From positions 1-20,988 of the forward strand of contig JAUWEG010000031.1 in the NCBI GenBank assembly GCA_030608385.1: a stretch of DNA of 20,988 nucleotides, written 5' to 3'. Below are positions 1-20,988 of this stretch, piece after piece; position 1 is the stretch's first letter, and each line of letters starts with the position of its first letter. The notes beneath the pieces were generated by a model. It did not search any database, was not told the origin of the DNA, and worked only from the letters and a program-made list of their open reading frames with translations. The position numbers and the translations under genes were made by a program. This DNA comes from Candidatus Heimdallarchaeota archaeon. GTDB taxonomy: Archaea > Asgardarchaeota > Heimdallarchaeia > Heimdallarchaeales > Heimdallarchaeaceae.

Positions 1-1142
1 TTTTTCAAACCACCCATTTTCTTCATATCTCTTTCTTCTGCAATAGAATGAATTATTGCACCTGCTGACAAGAACAGAAGGGCTTTGAAGATTGAGTGAG
101 ATAATAAGTGCATCTGACCAGGTATTAGTCCAGTTCCATGATCCTCTCTTATTGTAAAGGCTAAGAACATATAGCTGAGCTGTGAGATTGTGCTGTATGC
201 AAGAACTCTTTTCAGATCCGTCGTAACCAATGCACCAAATGCAGCAGCTACGCAAGAAACTCCAGCTATTATCATTAGTGCAATGTAGAAGAATTCGCTA
301 TCCCAGATGGGTGAGAATCTTGCTACTAGGTAGATACCAGCCTTAACCATTGTTGCAGCGTGTATTAATGCTGAAACTGTAGTTGGACCTTGCATTGCAT
401 CTATATCAACTGTATCTCCTGCACTCAACCATGATTGTAATGGAAATTGTGCAGATTTTGTTATCGGAGCTAAGAGTAATAGAATACTCATAACAATTGG
501 ATAAGTTCCTCCAAGTGGTGTTGTTGTATCTATGATTAATGGATTAGTTAAACCTAGTTTTTTGTTTTCGTAATACATCCAAGCTAAGAATGCTAAGAGA
601 CCAAGATCTCCAATTCCTGTCATGATAAGAGCTTTAATTCCACTCTTTGCTGGTTTTTCTCCTTCTTTACCCTTCTTCATGAAGAAGTGTCCGATTAGGA
701 AACAAGAACAAAGTCCTACAATTTCCCAGCCAAGGAATAAGAATACCATGTCATGAGCAAGAACTAGTAATAACATACCTCCAACGAACATTTGAATGAA
801 GAACCAATATCTTGCTTTGTGTTTGTCTTCTTTCATGTATTCTATAGAGAAGAATGCAATTAACATACTCAAAATTGATACTATCAGAACCATTAAGACA
901 GATAATGAATCCAGGTATATCCCTGATTTATTATCTCCCCAATTTAGCCAATTTAAGAGATAGTAAGTTTCTCCTTTATAAGTACCAAATATCAAAATTG
1001 ACATTATTGCTGATACTGCTATTGTAGATACGCTGAAGAAGTCTCTAACTGTTGGTAATTTCTTCAATAGTAATGATAGAAAAGAACCAATAATTGGAAC
1101 TACTACAGAAATTATTGCAAATAGTATTATTGTTTGTACCAT
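1..1142 (-). CDS. nuoL: NuoL/MrpA-type antiporter-like subunit of a complex I-like or group 4 hydrogenase-like membrane arm (N-terminal ~380 aa; C-terminus beyond the left edge)
   Basis: Absent from the ORF track because there is no stop in the window. Manual reverse translation from the ATG at 1140-1142 stays open to the left edge: MVQTIILFAIISVVVPIIGSF...LGWEIVGLCSCFLIGHFF...SALIHAATMVKAGIYLVARF...GAIIHSIAEERDMKKMGGLKK. These are signature motifs of the NuoL/NuoM/MrpA family. It begins 5 nt after the preceding operon gene. Confidence 0.85.
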   Translation of the reverse strand, partial: MVQTIILFAIISVVVPIIGSFLSLLLKKLPTVRDFFSVSTIAVSAIMSILIFGTYKGETYYLLNWLNWGDNKSGIYLDSLSVLMVLIVSILSMLIAFFSIEYMKEDKHKARYWFFIQMFVGGMLLLVLAHDMVFLFLGWEIVGLCSCFLIGHFFMKKGKEGEKPAKSGIKALIMTGIGDLGLLAFLAWMYYENKKLGLTNPLIIDTTTPLGGTYPIVMSILLLLAPITKSAQFPLQSWLSAGDTVDIDAMQGPTTVSALIHAATMVKAGIYLVARFSPIWDSEFFYIALMIIAGVSCVAAAFGALVTTDLKRVLAYSTISQLSYMFLAFTIREDHGTGLIPGQMHLLSHSIFKALLFLSAGAIIHSIAEERDMKKMGGLK

Positions 1143-1147
1143 TTTTA

Positions 1148-1462
1148 TCACCTCTTCAATGTAGCCATCTCATCTGTATCCACGCTATGGGCATGGCGAT
1201 AATTATTGATGGCTATTGCTAAACCTACAGCCAATACAGCTGCACCAATAGCGATTGAAATCAAAGGAAAGATCTGTGCAAATCTTGTAAAAGTAGCATT
1301 AGCAATATTGGCTCCCAAAGCAATAAACACGACATTTACAGCTATTGTCATTATTTCAATACCCATAAGAATCTTGATGAGATTTCTTTTTCCAAGTAAT
1401 GCATACAAGCCTACACCAAATAAGACGAGGCCTAGAATCAGTAAATGTAATTGTTCTATCAT
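1148..1462 (-). CDS. nuoK: NuoK/MrpC (ND4L)-like small membrane subunit
   Basis: 104 aa with 3 TM helices. LILGLVLFGVGLYALLGKRNLIKILMGIEIM fits the NuoK pattern, including the membrane Glu. Its start overlaps the upstream gene by 4 nt (ATGA), indicating translational coupling. Confidence 0.8.
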   Translation of the reverse strand: MIEQLHLLILGLVLFGVGLYALLGKRNLIKILMGIEIMTIAVNVVFIALGANIANATFTRFAQIFPLISIAIGAAVLAVGLAIAINNYRHAHSVDTDEMATLKR

Positions 1463-1958
1463 GCTTTTGTCTCCTCCTTGTGTTTCTTCTTATGATGAAT
1501 AAACAATGATCCAATGCCTATAGATGTTGCAAAGAACACAACAGCTTGCAGTATCAAATCAGTTAATCTTTCTGTCCATAGAGCACGTAAGGATTCACCT
1601 ATGGTGCTTGTTCCGAATGTAATGCTAAGATCTGAAGCTATTACTCCCCAAATTGCTATCCCCATTAGAATAGCTACAATGGTAAGTGCGATTACAGATC
1701 TCTTCCAGTCAAATGATTCATCTCTCTGTTTTTCTGTTAAAGCTACAACCACAACAAATAGTGCTGTAAAACCACCACCATATACTATGAGTTGTATCCA
1801 CGCTAGAAACATAGCGTTAAGTGCCAGTAACAATACCCAGAGAAATAGATTCATAGCTATCAAACCAATTATAGAAAACATTAGTCGTCTGCATTCCAGT
1901 GCAAAGATTGCTGCTAGAATCGCTAGAATCATGAATATATATATAATTACTAAACTCA

Positions 1959-1959
<1 letters not shown>
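1459..1959 (-). CDS. nuoJ: NuoJ (ND6)-like membrane subunit
   Basis: 166 aa with about 5 TM helices. The third helix, LIVYGGGFTALFVVVVAL, resembles the conserved NuoJ VYxGA..LF motif. It overlaps the upstream gene by 1 nt. Confidence 0.7.
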
Positions 1960-3443
<1,484 letters not shown>

Positions 3444-3453
3444 ACCCTAATTC

Positions 3454-3486
<33 letters not shown>

Positions 3487-3487
3487 T

Positions 3488-3536
<49 letters not shown>

Positions 3537-3593
3537 GACAAACACCTCTCAATTGAAGTAATTAATCAAAATATGTTAAAAAAGCTGATTTTG

Positions 3594-7668
<4,075 letters not shown>

Positions 7669-7702
7669 GTAAGTTAGTAATTGATTTGATTAAAAAAGTT
7701 AT

Positions 7703-7734
7703 TCACCTATATTAGGTGATCCGTTATTTTTTTT
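7703..7734 (+). terminator. Hairpin plus T8 run downstream of paralog A
   Basis: TCACCTA (7703-7709) pairs with TAGGTGA (7713-7719) across a TAT loop, followed by TTTTTTTT at 7727-7734. Copy B has a different hairpin and a T8 run at the equivalent place. Confidence 0.55.
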
Positions 7735-7769
7735 AATAATATTTGAAATAAAAAATAAACTTAATAGTT

Positions 7770-7843
7770 TGGAGCCGAGACTGGGATTTGAACCCGGGAG
7801 TTTTACGACAATGGACTAGCAATCCATCATCATACCGCTTGAG
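7770..7843 (-). pseudogene. Decayed tRNA-Ser(GCU) copy lacking the 5' acceptor strand (corresponds to tRNA positions 10 to CCA)
   Basis: 70 of 74 nt are identical to the intact gene at 8648-8721. The nucleotides where GCCGAGATA should be read GAAGTTTAG and cannot pair with the retained 3' strand TCTCGGC. Three of the four substitutions break pairs in the D stem (position 25), the variable-arm stem and the T stem; the fourth changes anticodon-loop position 38. Confidence 0.8.
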
Positions 7844-7961
7844 CTAAACTTCAAGTTTTCATTGTATAAGTCTGTTTGTTCTTGAATTGAATATGGTTTT
7901 TTAGAATAAATAAAATATGGGTATATGGAGATTTGAGAAAGAAACAATTTTTCTCAATTTC

Positions 7962-7978
7962 TTGAAAACACTTATATC
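7962..7978 (+). promoter_or_regulatory. Putative BRE/TATA element (TTATAT at 7972-7977) for surface-protein paralog B
   Basis: Conserved with 7076-7092. The TATA begins 27 nt upstream of the TTG at 7999. Confidence 0.5.
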
Positions 7979-7998
7979 ATTACAAGAAAAAGCTATCT

Positions 7999-8556
7999 TT
8001 GGTGAAGAATTTGAAGAAGAAAAACAAATTAATCTTATTATCTTTTTTCTTATTTATACTAGTATCCTCTCAAACCATTGCTTCACTTGTTACTATGACT
8101 TTGACTAAAGCAGATGGTACTATATATACTATGGCAGCTGATTCTGAAAGAAAATATAAACTTGGTGAAATGTACGAAGTGTGGGTACAATTGACAGCAG
8201 ATGCATTTGGATCAACCGAGGGAACTATCATATCGTTTTATGATATAGATGTAACCGTTTCAATCTTAAGAGATCCATATAACAAAACAGAGTTCATTAC
8301 TTTGCCAGATATTGTCACGGTAGGTGGAAGCGAATCTACTACTTTTATATTCAATCTTTCAGATATCACTTCTGATGATTTTGATGTTGAAGTAAATTAT
8401 AGATTCAAAGGTAATAATACAGAAGGAACAGATCCAGATTATGTTTCAGGTATGGGAGTACGAGAAGTAGTTGTAAAAACTGCAGCTAATCTGATTTTTC
8501 CTCTTCTAGCCGTCTTAAGCTTAGGTGTTTTAGTACTAAGGAGAGTAAAGAAATAG
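7999..8556 (+). CDS. Small secreted, C-terminally anchored surface protein, paralog B (function unknown)
   Basis: 185 aa. It has a signal peptide (MVKNLKKKNKLILLSFFLFILVSSQTIA), sequons (NKT, NLS, NNT) and the tail IFPLLAVLSLGVLVLRRVKK. The first in-frame ATG would delete the signal peptide, so a TTG or GTG start is required. Confidence 0.8.
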   Translation: MVKNLKKKNKLILLSFFLFILVSSQTIASLVTMTLTKADGTIYTMAADSERKYKLGEMYEVWVQLTADAFGSTEGTIISFYDIDVTVSILRDPYNKTEFITLPDIVTVGGSESTTFIFNLSDITSDDFDVEVNYRFKGNNTEGTDPDYVSGMGVREVVVKTAANLIFPLLAVLSLGVLVLRRVKK

Positions 8557-8586
8557 GGAATTCATGATAGATTTACTTAAAAAATT

Positions 8587-8616
8587 GATCATCAGTTTTG
8601 AATGATCCTTTTTTTT
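8587..8616 (+). terminator. Hairpin plus T8 run downstream of paralog B
   Basis: GATCAT (8587-8592) pairs with ATGATC (8602-8607), followed by TTTTTTTT at 8609-8616. Confidence 0.55.
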
Positions 8617-8645
8617 CTACTTATGATTTTAATAAGATATAAAAA

Positions 8646-8730
<85 letters not shown>

Positions 8731-8737
8731 GACGGGT

Positions 8738-8796
<59 letters not shown>

Positions 8797-8806
8797 TAAC
8801 TCACAT

Positions 8807-9085
<279 letters not shown>

Positions 9086-9108
9086 TATTTTTGTTTGGAA
9101 ATTGAATC

Positions 9109-9546
<438 letters not shown>

Positions 9547-9655
9547 TTAAGTTTTTGTGATACATTAAGGAAGAATCGGGTATTTTAAGCAAATCTACTC
9601 ATTATGGATTGACAAAAAGGTGATTTTATTCTTTTTATTAAACATAAAACTTAAT

Positions 9656-10050
<395 letters not shown>

Positions 10051-10058
10051 TTGATAGT

Positions 10059-10785
<727 letters not shown>

Positions 10786-10839
10786 AGATTTCAATACGAA
10801 TGATTATCATCCTTGATGCTATTTTTTGATTTGTTCTGC

Positions 10840-12202
<1,363 letters not shown>

Positions 12203-12648
12203 ACGTTTTATTGTTCTTTATCTGAACTATAACAAGGAAAACTCTGAAGCTCTTGGTGAGGTAAACCTCGTTTTGACAAAGCAATATAATCAAGGTGATC
12301 TCTTCATAAAAGGACGTATGGGTCCAAAAGTTGAAGCTTGTAAAAGTTTTGTAAGAGAAACCCAAGGAATTGCTAAATTACCAACCCAGAAAACACAATT
12401 TAAGCCATAAAATGTGAGTTAGGAACTAGAGTAGTTGTCTAAAAAAATATCCAGTTGTTTGTTGAATTAGGTTTCGGTCTAGTTGAACGCTTTAAATTAG
12501 CCTTTTCTTGATGCTTTGTGCCTTTTTAATAGTGCAAACCAATGTATTTTTAAATGATAAAATTTATTTTTTAATAGTAGATTATTTTCGGGGAAATACC
12601 CGACAATAATCCTAAAACGGCAGAAATCTGGTATCCATTTTTGGATAA

Positions 12649-14775
<2,127 letters not shown>

Positions 14776-14779
14776 ATAG

Positions 14780-17724
<2,945 letters not shown>

Positions 17725-17751
17725 TCTCGGGCACCAAACAATTATTTCGCT

Positions 17752-17772
17752 GTGTGTAATTTCTTCGCACAC
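17752..17772. promoter_or_regulatory. Inverted repeat GTGTG-N11-CACAC just downstream of the TATA-like box of the thioredoxin promoter
   Basis: GTGTG lies at 17752-17756 and CACAC at 17768-17772. On the minus strand, TTTATAT lies at 17774-17780, about 50 nt upstream of the trx ATG. The repeat is short, so its statistical weight is low. Confidence 0.25.
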
Positions 17773-17821
17773 CATATAAACCATTCTGTTTTGCCATTTC
17801 GTAAAAACACAAGATTTATTA

Positions 17822-17844
17822 TATGTGTGTTTTTAATACACATA
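17822..17844. promoter_or_regulatory. Inverted repeat TATGTGT-N9-ACACATA overlapping the TATA/TSS region of the regulator gene
   Basis: TATGTGT lies at 17822-17828 and ACACATA at 17838-17844. TTTATTATAT lies at 17815-17824 and the regulator ATG at 17860. The GTGT/ACAC core is shared with 17752-17772. Confidence 0.35.
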
Positions 17845-17859
17845 CGAGGGGATACTTTC

Positions 17860-18330
17860 ATGTCCATGAAAAAAGAGAAGCGAGTTCAACCTTGCTTAAT
17901 AGATTTGCCAGTTACAATATCCAAAAGTTTAGACCATGGACATTGTAAATGTGAATTTTTAGAATGTAATTACAAAGTCTGCCCTATATTTGAATTTTTA
18001 TTTGGATTAAAATGCATTCATGTGAATATTTACTTTTTTACTTTACAAGAAGAGCGATCCATTATGGATATTGCAAACAGAGTACATAAAGACCGTACCA
18101 CAGCAGTTCGCCTTGTTCAAATCATGATTAAGCAAGGTTTAATTAGCAAAGAAACAGAACCTCTAGAAAATGGAGGGATAAAGAATATTTATTCAGCAAT
18201 TCCTCAAGAGATTTTAAAAGAGAAACTAAAGGAAACCATGCAGGATTTAGAAATTGCAGTAACAAGCCTAATTAGACATGATTGGACAGTTGTTAAAGTA
18301 ATTAACCAAAAAGTTAACCAGAAAGATTAG
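17860..18330 (+). CDS. Winged-helix (TrmB/MarR-like) transcriptional regulator with a Cys/His-rich N-terminal segment
   Basis: I placed the start at ATG 17860, with a GAGGGG SD 8 nt upstream. The HTH-like segment is ERSIMDIANRVHKDRTTAVRLVQIMIKQGLISKE. The N-terminal segment is C-x15-HGHCKC-x4-C-x5-C. The gene is divergent from thioredoxin. Confidence 0.6.
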   Translation: MSMKKEKRVQPCLIDLPVTISKSLDHGHCKCEFLECNYKVCPIFEFLFGLKCIHVNIYFFTLQEERSIMDIANRVHKDRTTAVRLVQIMIKQGLISKETEPLENGGIKNIYSAIPQEILKEKLKETMQDLEIAVTSLIRHDWTVVKVINQKVNQKD

Positions 18331-18992
18331 AAATCAAAATCTTCTAGTTCATCCATTGAACCAACAAGTTTTTCATCCTTTTTTTTCTTCTTCTTTTTGT
18401 CTCTTACAGAACTTACTGCAGTTGATAACTCCGAGATGAAATCACTAGGTAATGTGCCTCTTGGAGCTTCAGTTTCCTCATATGGAGGTTCTGTTATCGG
18501 TGTTTCTGTTTTTTGAGCTGTTGGAAACTCCTCTGCTGGTTCACCAACAGATTCAGTTTGTGGTTCAAAAACAACATCTTGTGAAGTATCAACAGTTGGT
18601 CCTTCTATCTCAGTTTCTGTTAATTGAGGAGCTTCAACTAATTCTGATTGTTGCTCTTGAAGTTCTTGAGTAACAGATTCACTTGGGGGAGTATATTCAA
18701 CAGTACTACCAGATAATCCTGGATGAGTATCAGCAGCAGCTTCTTCTACAGATTCAGCTGATCTATCTGGAACTAAGCTTCCATCTTGCAGAAGCTTAAC
18801 AACTTCTTTAGCTAGAGATCTCATCTGTGGATTCAATTGATACATGTAACGAGGTAAATTAGATTTAATCTGTTGAAGAAAATACATACCTGTTTCATAA
18901 TCTTGAATATAGAATGCTTGTATAGCTTGAACTATTAATTGTTGGACAAGTTTATCAGGAGGTACTGCCGATTGTGGTGAGTGTGGAAACAT
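18327..18992 (-). CDS. Acidic, largely disordered protein with a helical N-terminal domain, a poly-Lys tract and a DELEDFDF C-terminus (function unknown)
   Basis: 221 aa. The N-terminal ~75 aa look helical (LVQQLIVQAIQAFYIQDYETGMYFLQQIK...). About 110 aa rich in E, P, T, S and Q follow, then KKKKKKKDEK and LVGSMDELEDFDF. The antisense ORF 18452-18673 has junk composition, which supports coding on this strand. Confidence 0.65.
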   Translation of the reverse strand: MFPHSPQSAVPPDKLVQQLIVQAIQAFYIQDYETGMYFLQQIKSNLPRYMYQLNPQMRSLAKEVVKLLQDGSLVPDRSAESVEEAAADTHPGLSGSTVEYTPPSESVTQELQEQQSELVEAPQLTETEIEGPTVDTSQDVVFEPQTESVGEPAEEFPTAQKTETPITEPPYEETEAPRGTLPSDFISELSTAVSSVRDKKKKKKKDEKLVGSMDELEDFDF

Positions 18993-19226
18993 ATTAACCT
19001 ATATCACTAATATCGAGAGATTATTTTAAAATTGTGGAAAAGGAAAAGGGATTTTGAAAATTGCTAACACACTGAATTAAAATGTATAACTCTTAGAATC
19101 TCAATAATTGAGAAATTTGTTCCTACTAATTAAATTTAGACGGATAGGAAAGAATACCTTTATTTTTCATCTGATAAATCCACTATATTTAAAATACAAC
19201 TAAAAACTATCCACAAGAGAAGGGAC

Positions 19227-20606
19227 TTGAGAATATTGAGTCACGATAACAATCTTTTGTCAAAAACACTAAATGAAGTTAAAACAAGGTTGTATCTAGA
19301 TGATCGTCGTCGACTCTCTCCAATATTATTGGGAATAGTTGGGAGTTTTTCATTGACAATTTTCATGTCCTATGTTGGTTTACACTTGAAAGACATTAAT
19401 ACTGTAGTCTTGATGATAACACTTATTCTTGCATTAAGAAATATCTATCAGATATTTCTAAGAGTTCCTCTAGGACATTTTTCACAAATGATTGGTAGAA
19501 AACCTTTGTTAATTGCTGGAGCTGGATTTTACACTATAAGCTTATTCTTTCTTGCTATATCGTCTCACTGGAGTTTAGTAATTGTAGCAATAACATTCCT
19601 AGCTATAGGAATGTCTTGCTTCTGGCCAGTAATATTTGCATACATTTCTGATGTAGAAGAAAGTAAGAATCTGGGTAAGGTACAAGGGAGATTGTTCCAA
19701 GGAACAGATTTGGGGGCCATATTAGGCGCTTTGCTAGCTTTTCTTCAGTTAAAAAGATCAAAAATAACTATTTCTACAATTTTGCCATCATCAAATATGA
19801 ATGTCCTCAATATGCCTGAAATAACATATCACCTGTCTCAACTACGTATTCTTTTCTTTTGGGGAGCAGGTATTTCTCTTATTGGAGTGATTGCGTTAGC
19901 TTTTTTCATGCCTGAAGTACTGAAAAAGGAAGACCGACTACAAGTAGATTCCAAATTGAAAGCTTTGGGTGATGCTTTTGTTTCTATGTTTCGGTCATTA
20001 TTCATAGTTACAAAGCAGAAAAAACTAAGTTTCATTTATGTTATACAATTAGCGATAGCTTTTCTAGAATATATGGTCACGGCTTTTTTTCCATTCCTAA
20101 TTGTAGCAAAGGGATTCTCTTACGATGTAGTTGCACAAATAGCTTGGATATCATCTGGTGTGTTGATTTTCTTCAAACCTTACCTAGGACGATTAGTTGA
20201 TAGATTCGGGTACAAAGGACCAATATTTGTTACACTCTTTCTTTCTTCAAGTATGCTTATCCTAATGGTATTTGTGAATTCCTTGTCTTGGTTGATTGTT
20301 GTATACATGGTATATAGTGCAAGTAGTTTAACAAGCTATATAGGTGTAAATACAGGAACTTCCATGGTATCAAAAAATACTCAACGTGGAATGGCTCTTG
20401 GAGCACTAGGATTCTATGTATCTCTCTCTCGATCTGTATCCACATTAAGCTTATCTCCAATATGGGATAAATTCGGAATTGAAGCTGTTTTTATTACAAC
20501 ATCAATTATCATAATTTCAGCTGTAGTAATTGTATACCTATTCTATTACTTCATAGGAAATAAAAATTCCAAGAAAAGTGTTGAGACTTCACAACATTCA
20601 AAATAG
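19227..20606 (+). CDS. MFS transporter
   Basis: 459 aa with about 12 TM helices. Motif-A-like loops are present in both halves (GHFSQMIGRKPLLIAG and GRLVDRFGYKGPIFV). The start is uncertain: TTG at 19227 or TTG at 19236. Confidence 0.8.
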   Translation: MRILSHDNNLLSKTLNEVKTRLYLDDRRRLSPILLGIVGSFSLTIFMSYVGLHLKDINTVVLMITLILALRNIYQIFLRVPLGHFSQMIGRKPLLIAGAGFYTISLFFLAISSHWSLVIVAITFLAIGMSCFWPVIFAYISDVEESKNLGKVQGRLFQGTDLGAILGALLAFLQLKRSKITISTILPSSNMNVLNMPEITYHLSQLRILFFWGAGISLIGVIALAFFMPEVLKKEDRLQVDSKLKALGDAFVSMFRSLFIVTKQKKLSFIYVIQLAIAFLEYMVTAFFPFLIVAKGFSYDVVAQIAWISSGVLIFFKPYLGRLVDRFGYKGPIFVTLFLSSSMLILMVFVNSLSWLIVVYMVYSASSLTSYIGVNTGTSMVSKNTQRGMALGALGFYVSLSRSVSTLSLSPIWDKFGIEAVFITTSIIIISAVVIVYLFYYFIGNKNSKKSVETSQHSK

Positions 20607-20636
20607 TTGTCTTGATATTTAGTTGTGTGTAAGATA

Positions 20637-20988
20637 ATGAAAATTGAACCCTCTATTGACAAAATGGAATTGAAAAAAAAGATTCAAGATGTCTATAATC
20701 TGGAAGTGAAAAACTTCAAATTCGTTCCAGTAGGAGAATTCGCATTTTCATATATAATAACTACAAAGAAGAATGAAAAGTACTTTTTGAAGTTGTATTT
20801 TCCATCTCGATTGAAAAATCAACAAAAAAACAAATTTGATTTTTCATTAGATATCGTTCATAAATTACATCATATTCAAGGACTGAAATATATTACTTAT
20901 CCCATTGAAACGATTACAGGAAATCTTAAATCGCAGTTTCAGGAAGCTGAAATGGTACTGTGGAATTTTATTGATGGCAAGATTGTTT
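20637..20988 (+). CDS. APH/choline-kinase-like phosphotransferase family protein (N-terminal 117 aa; continues beyond the right edge)
   Basis: There is no stop in the window, so it is absent from the ORF track. Manual translation from ATG 20637 gives MKIEPSIDKMELKKKIQDVYNLEVKNFKFVPVGEFAFSYIITTKKNEKYFLKLYFPS...GLKYITYPIETITGNLKSQFQEAEMVLWNFIDGKIV. This fits the N-lobe pattern of the phosphotransferase enzyme family (v..G..s.sy.v.t....yvLK.y...g...p.p......l..fi.G). Confidence 0.5.
   Translation, partial: MKIEPSIDKMELKKKIQDVYNLEVKNFKFVPVGEFAFSYIITTKKNEKYFLKLYFPSRLKNQQKNKFDFSLDIVHKLHHIQGLKYITYPIETITGNLKSQFQEAEMVLWNFIDGKIV

Noticed and set aside
7770-7870. The truncated tRNA-Ser copy as one piece of a split (trans-spliced) tRNA.
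   Set aside because: Known split sites are in or near the anticodon loop, not at position 9/10. There is no GC-rich complementary leader, and all four body substitutions are non-compensated. I kept it as a low-probability alternative under the pseudogene finding.
7917-8108. A 63-aa + strand ORF spanning the paralog B promoter and start.
   Set aside because: It overlaps the conserved promoter and the signal-peptide region of the 7999-8556 gene in another frame. There is no counterpart in cassette copy A.
17725-17859. The long ORF-track N-terminal extensions of thioredoxin (to 17784) and of the regulator (from 17752), which would make the divergent genes overlap.
   Set aside because: The extensions add implausible sequence (MVYMVCEEITHSEIIVWCPR; MCNFFAHHINHSVLPFRK...) and would bury both promoters. 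Internal ATGs with SD-like or TATA-like context give standard-length proteins.
18452-20460. Antisense ORFs 18452-18673, 19838-20035 and 20257-20460.
   Set aside because: They lie opposite the acidic protein and the MFS transporter and show repetitive or odd composition.

Overview
This is an AT-rich (about one-third G+C by eye, not computed), gene-dense segment that looks archaeal. The archaeal call rests on TATA-box promoters about 27 nt upstream of start codons, an e-MtaB-type methylthiotransferase, an RPA32-like OB/winged-helix protein, and archaeal-type tRNA and 5S sequence.

Left (1-7019, minus strand): a translationally coupled operon for the membrane arm of a complex I-like or group 4 hydrogenase-like complex (NuoH, NuoA-like, NuoJ, NuoK, NuoL, running off the left edge). 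The [NiFe]-hydrogenase maturation genes hypE-hypF lie upstream of it.

Middle (7031-9055): an 882-bp tandem duplication. Each copy carries a small signal-peptide and C-terminal-anchor surface protein plus a convergent tRNA-Ser(GCU) gene; one tRNA copy is intact and the other has decayed. Next comes a 5S rRNA locus whose two halves are in circularly permuted order, with the 3' part first and the native ends fused by a tetraloop hairpin. This is the most unusual thing I can see in the window.

Right (9109-20988): a YccF-like membrane protein, a small conserved hypothetical, an RPA32-like protein, e-MtaB, gyrB-gyrA, thioredoxin divergent from a Cys-rich winged-helix regulator, an acidic disordered protein, an MFS transporter, and the start of an APH/choline-kinase-like gene.

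I recognised no CRISPR array, transposase, integrase or defence genes. All functional calls come from motif recognition by eye; no searches were run.
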